Assembly: GCA_002269645.1 (NCBI GenBank)
Contig: NIVC01001954.1
Coordinates: 1 to 64,000, forward strand
Direction of reading: 5' to 3'
DNA length: 64,000 bases
DNA from: Macrostomum lignano
Lineage: Eukaryota
The position numbers and the translations under genes were made by a program. The notes beneath the pieces were generated by a model. It ran no database searches. It was not told where the DNA came from and saw only the letters and a program-made list of their open reading frames with translations. How positions within the stretch are numbered: the first letter of the stretch is position 1; each line of letters begins with the position of its first letter. Below are positions 59,943 through 64,000 of this stretch, in pieces.

Positions 59943-62090
59943 ATGTCTGAGTCGCCACCGTCTGGAGACTCCAGTAATGCCGCCGGCTCCCAAGAGGCCG
60001 CCACGAGCGACCCCAGCGGCGAGCTGGCGGCGCAGCTGCACGACGCTGTGCGAGACAACCAGCCCGACAAGCTGCGTCAAGTGCTGCTGCGGATGGTTGA
60101 AATTGCCGGCGCTGGCGCCATTGAAGCGCCAGATGACCGCGGAGACTCGGCGCTGCACGCGTGCGCCGCTGCCGGTCTGACCGAGTGCGCCGAGCTGCTG
60201 CTGACGTTCGGCGCCAATGCGGACCGGCCAAACTCGGCAGGCGATCGGCCGCTCCACCTGGCCGCAGCGGCGGGCGAGCGCAGCAAAGGCGTCGCCCGCG
60301 AGCTGCTCCGGTGCGGCGCCGATCCGACTCAACTCGACGCCATCGGCGACAACGCGCTGCACGTGACCTGCTACGCCGAGTGTGGCCGCATCGCCGACCT
60401 CCTGTTGCGGGCAAAGCCTTCCATTGTCAACAGTCGGAATAGCAGCGGCAGCACTGGCCTGCATATTGCCGCCTCGTGTGAGAATCATGAGCTGCTTGGC
60501 CAGCTGCTCTGTCACGGTGCCGACTTCTCTCTGGCTGATAGTCGCGGCCAGACGCCGGTCGATTTGCTGCTGCAGGGCCCGGACACATCCGGCATCGACT
60601 GCCTCGGCAGGCACCTGATGCGCCGCCTTCGACAGTTCAATAACGGCCAGGACATAATCGGGGTGTTCGCCTCTTTTGAAGGTCGCGAGTTCGTGCGCCA
60701 GTTGCTGCTCATTGACAGCGACATTGGTGGACATTCAAAGAGAGCTGAAGCAAAGGACTTGGACCCGGAGGGCTTGGTAGCCGAGGAAGATGAAGAGGCG
60801 GTGAAGCAGCGGCAATGGCAGCTGTCCAGGCTTGAGCTGGCTGCCTCCCGTCGCACCGTGGACGCCAAGCAGCTCATTGATGCTCTGATCGCCGCCTTCC
60901 AAGCCGGATTGAGCTGCAGCCTCGAGTCCAGCGGCCTGCTGAGTCGGATTGCCTGGCAGCTGTGCCAGCTGGTGCTGTTTGCCGAGAACACGCGCCTGCT
61001 GAAGCGGCTGGTTGAACATCGGCACCTCTGGAGAGCGCTCTCCCGCCAACTGGAGGTTGCCATCGACAAATTGTATGCCAAGACGTTGCGCAAGCAGAAG
61101 GCAGGCGTGCGCGAGCTGCTCCAGCAGCGGTGCTGCATCGACGGCGGCACTTCGATCTCGTTTGCAAGGCTCAACAAGCTGCTGGCCGAGCTCACCACTT
61201 ACTGGCAGTTCGCCAGCCGCCAGATGGTGTTCGACTTTGGAGAGCGACGCGGCGGCGACGACTGGTGCCAGAAGCGGCCGCTCCGAGACCCCGCCCAGTC
61301 GCTGGTGCTGTGGGCGATCTTGAGCGGCCGGCCGGGCCTGGTGCCCATCTTGCTGCAGCAGGAGGAGTTCGACCTGGTGCCGCTGGCCTTGCTCGCCGCG
61401 ACGCTGCTCCGCTCACTGGCACGTCGACGCGACATCGAGGACGTGTTCGCTGACCGGGCCGGTCGCATCGCCGACATCTGCGAGGCGATGGCCGTCAAAG
61501 TGATCAAGCAGGTGAAGGAGGTTGACGATTCACCCGGCAACTGCCTCACCATCAGCTACGTGAGTATGCCTCTGCCCAACTACGCTAACTACACGATTCT
61601 TGACCTGTCTGCTCGAGGCGGGGCGGGCAGTTTCATCAAGCTGGACATTGTTGAACTGGCAACGGAGAAGAACTGGTATGGGGACTTTTTCAACTTCCGC
61701 AAGCCTGCCCTGCGCGAGCTGGTGATTGCGGCCGGGTTCGTTCCACCGCTGCTGCTCTTCCTGCCCGGCCTGCTGCGCCGGTTCCGCGGTCCCGGCACGC
61801 GCGCCTTCCTCGACTCGGTGCTCAACGATTCCGGACCAACCGAGCATCCGGGCAACTGTCCGGAGACGTTCCGTCTGCTCGCCTCGGATTTCCAGGTGGC
61901 CAGACGCCGACGCCGACGACAGGACTCTGAACTGGAAGCGCGCAGTCGCCGCCTGTGGCAGCGAGCGAGCGAGTTCGGCAGCGAGCTGGCGCTGTTTTAC
62001 AACACGCCGTGCGTCAAGTTTCGCTTGCACGCGGCGGCCTCGTTTGTGTTCATCGGCCTGCTGTCCTACGTGATACTGCACGACTTTCAG
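59943..62090 (+). CDS. Ankyrin-repeat TRP-like (TRPM/TRPS-related) cation channel, large coding exon; gene continues beyond the window
   Basis: 716 codons from ATG 59943 to donor CAG|GTGACC at 62090. About 4-5 ankyrin repeats (GDSALH, GDRPLHLAA, GDNALH, GSTGLHIAA, GQTP). MHR4-like DPAQSLVLWAILSGR..LALLAATLLRSL, NYANYTILDLS..FI..WYG. Pre-S1/S1 FYNTPCVKF...FIGLLSYVIL. Confidence 0.82.
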
Positions 62091-62257
62091 GTGACCAGCG
62101 GCTCTGGGAAGGGAGCAATCGATGAGGAATGAAACTGGGAAGTGGGAAATCAGCACTGTTTCTCGTCCAGAATCATGGATCGGCAATCTTTTATACCTTC
62201 AGGGCCAGATAGATATCCAGTTCATTGCTGCAGGACATTTTAATTGATTTAATTGGA

Positions 62258-62525
62258 GGGGCCGTAGCCCAGCAGTCTAGCGCGGCGCTCCCATGTTCCA
62301 ACGGCCCAGGCTCGATTCCAAGTGCAGTCACATTCATTTGGGGGCTAAATTGGAATCTCGGCCTGGCTCTGCTCGTGCAATTAACGGTCTTGAGGGCCGA
62401 CCCCCAATGCACAGTAAAATGTACATGCCTAACGATAAATAACGCTGGGACCGCTGTACACTCCTGTGTGAGTGTGTGCCTGTGCGTATGACTGCGTACG
62501 TATCCGCGCGCTTGTGTGCCTGCTC
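62258..62525 (+). mobile_element. tRNA-derived SINE-like element
   Basis: A-box-like TAGCCCAGCAG, B-box-like GGCTCGATTCC (about 62310), and 3' core TGTACATGCCT...GGACCGCTGTACACTCCTGTGTGAGTGTGTGCCTG shared with 37285-37533. Confidence 0.65.
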
Positions 62526-62914
62526 ACTGTGCTCAGGGGCGAGTATATTTTTTGTCGTGATAAATCTTAGAGGTGTAACTTAATACGCAGCGTACAGTAT
62601 TGTTTAACTTTCATTGTCTATGGTTGAGGTCCACAGAAGGGGTAAACAACGGGGAGAAAAAGTACAACGATAAATGGATAATCAAGCTGCTACAAAGAAC
62701 TGCTACACAGCAATGCCTCTCGCCGGTTGTGTGACAATGCCACTTAAAGTGCGCCAGGGTGCACACTGCTACCCTGCCTCTAATAAAAAATGGTTAATTC
62801 TATAGATTTGGTACTGCAGACGAGGAGGGAAGAAAGGAACACGAACAAAAGATAAGAGGAAGGAGACAGAAAAAAAAGATGTGAAAGGGAGGAGCGAGGA
62901 GAGATTATAAAATA

Positions 62915-64000
62915 TTTGTGAAGAGGTGGAGGGAGAGAGAAGAGAGAGCAGAGCAGAGAGGAGATGGGGGAGAGAGAGAAGAGAGAGAAGAGCAGAGAGG
63001 AGATGGGGGAGAGAGAGAAGAGCAGAGAGGAGATGGGGGGAGAGAGAAGAGAGAGCAGAGAGGAGATGGGGGAGAGAGAGAAGAGAGAGCAGAGAGGAGA
63101 TGGGGAGAGAGAGAGAAGAGAGCAGAGCAGAGAGGAGATGGGGGAGAGAGAAGAGAGAGAAGAGAGGAGATGGGGGGAGAGAGAAGAGAGAGAAGAGCAG
63201 AGAGGAGATGGGGGAGAGAGAGAGAAGAGAGAGCAGAGAGGAGATGGGGGGAGAGAGAAGAGAGAGGAGAGCAGAGAGGAGATGGGGGAGAGAGAGAGAA
63301 GAGAGAGAAGAGAGGAGATGGGGGGAGAGAGAAGAGAGAGAAGAGCAGAGAGGAGATGGGGGAGAGAGAGAAGAGCAGAGAGGAGATGGGGGGAGAGAGA
63401 AGAGAGAGGAGAGCAGAGAGGAGATGGGGGAGAGAGAGAGAAGAGAGAGAAGAGAGGAGATGGGGGGAGAGAGAAGAGAGAGAAGAGCAGAGAGGAGATG
63501 GGGGAGAGAGAGAGAGAGAGAAGAGAGAGCAGAGAGGAGATGGGGGAGAGAGAGAAGAGAGAGGAGAGCAGAGAGGAGATGGGGGAGAGAGAGAAGAGCA
63601 GAGAGGAGATGGGGGGAGAGAGAAGAGAGAGGAGAGCAGAGAGGAGATGGGGGAGAGAGAGAAGAGAGAGGAGAGCAGAGAGGAGATGGGGGAGAGAGAG
63701 AGAGAGAAGAGAGAGCAGAGAGGAGATGGGGGGAGAGAGAAGAGAGCAGAGAGGAGATGGGGAGAGAGAGAGAGAGAAGAGAGAGCAGAGAGGAGATGGG
63801 GGAGAGAGAGAAGAGAGAGGAGAGCAGAGAGGAGATGGGGGAGAGAGAGAAGAGAGAGGAGAGCAGAGAGGAGATGGGGGAGAGAGAGAGAGAGAAGAGA
63901 GAGCAGAGAGGAGATGGGGGGAGAGAGAAGAGAGAGCAGAGAGGAGATGGGGGGAGAGAGAAGAGAGCAGAGAGGAGATGGGGAGAGAGAGAGAAGAGAG
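62915..64000. repeat. Purine-rich (GA) compound tandem repeat, runs to the window end
   Basis: Units like GAGAAGAGAGAGCAGAGAGGAGATGGGGGA with variable GA counts. Confidence 0.93.

Noticed and set aside
59928-62186. Many antisense and overlapping ORFs over the TRP exon (also over MEX3-like exon 3 and the transposase)
   Set aside because: Shadow ORFs of GC-rich coding sequence with no recognisable motifs.

Overview
Eukaryotic (metazoan) genomic DNA with spliceosomal introns, GC-rich exons and repeat-filled introns. The style resembles a free-living flatworm such as Macrostomum, but that is inference only. I assembled four protein-coding genes by hand from splice sites and reading phase. (1) The 3' part of a divergent IP3-receptor/RyR-superfamily channel (+, about 59-37699). 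Its pore lacks most of the GGG(V/I)GD filter, it has candidate 1-nt frameshifts, a GC-AG intron and a possible 21-nt microexon, and one 22.9-kb intron is almost entirely a 55-bp satellite (about 410 copies). (2) A complete 7-exon Nemo-like kinase (-, 39668-48449) with a TLE activation-loop motif. (3) A 3-exon MEX-3-like KH protein (+, 52336-55701) with an apparently intact mariner transposon in intron 2. (4) A large exon of a channel that joins ankyrin repeats to TRPM-like MHR4/pre-S1 sequence (+, 59943-62090, continuing beyond the window). Also present: a tRNA-Met with a 7-nt insertion, a tRNA-Arg(TCG)-like gene, a tRNA-headed SINE-like family, hAT MITEs, a LINE fragment and about 20 mini/microsatellites. 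Most long ORFs in the supplied track are repeat artefacts. There is no CRISPR array, rRNA or prokaryotic system. All homology statements are from recalled motifs, not database searches.
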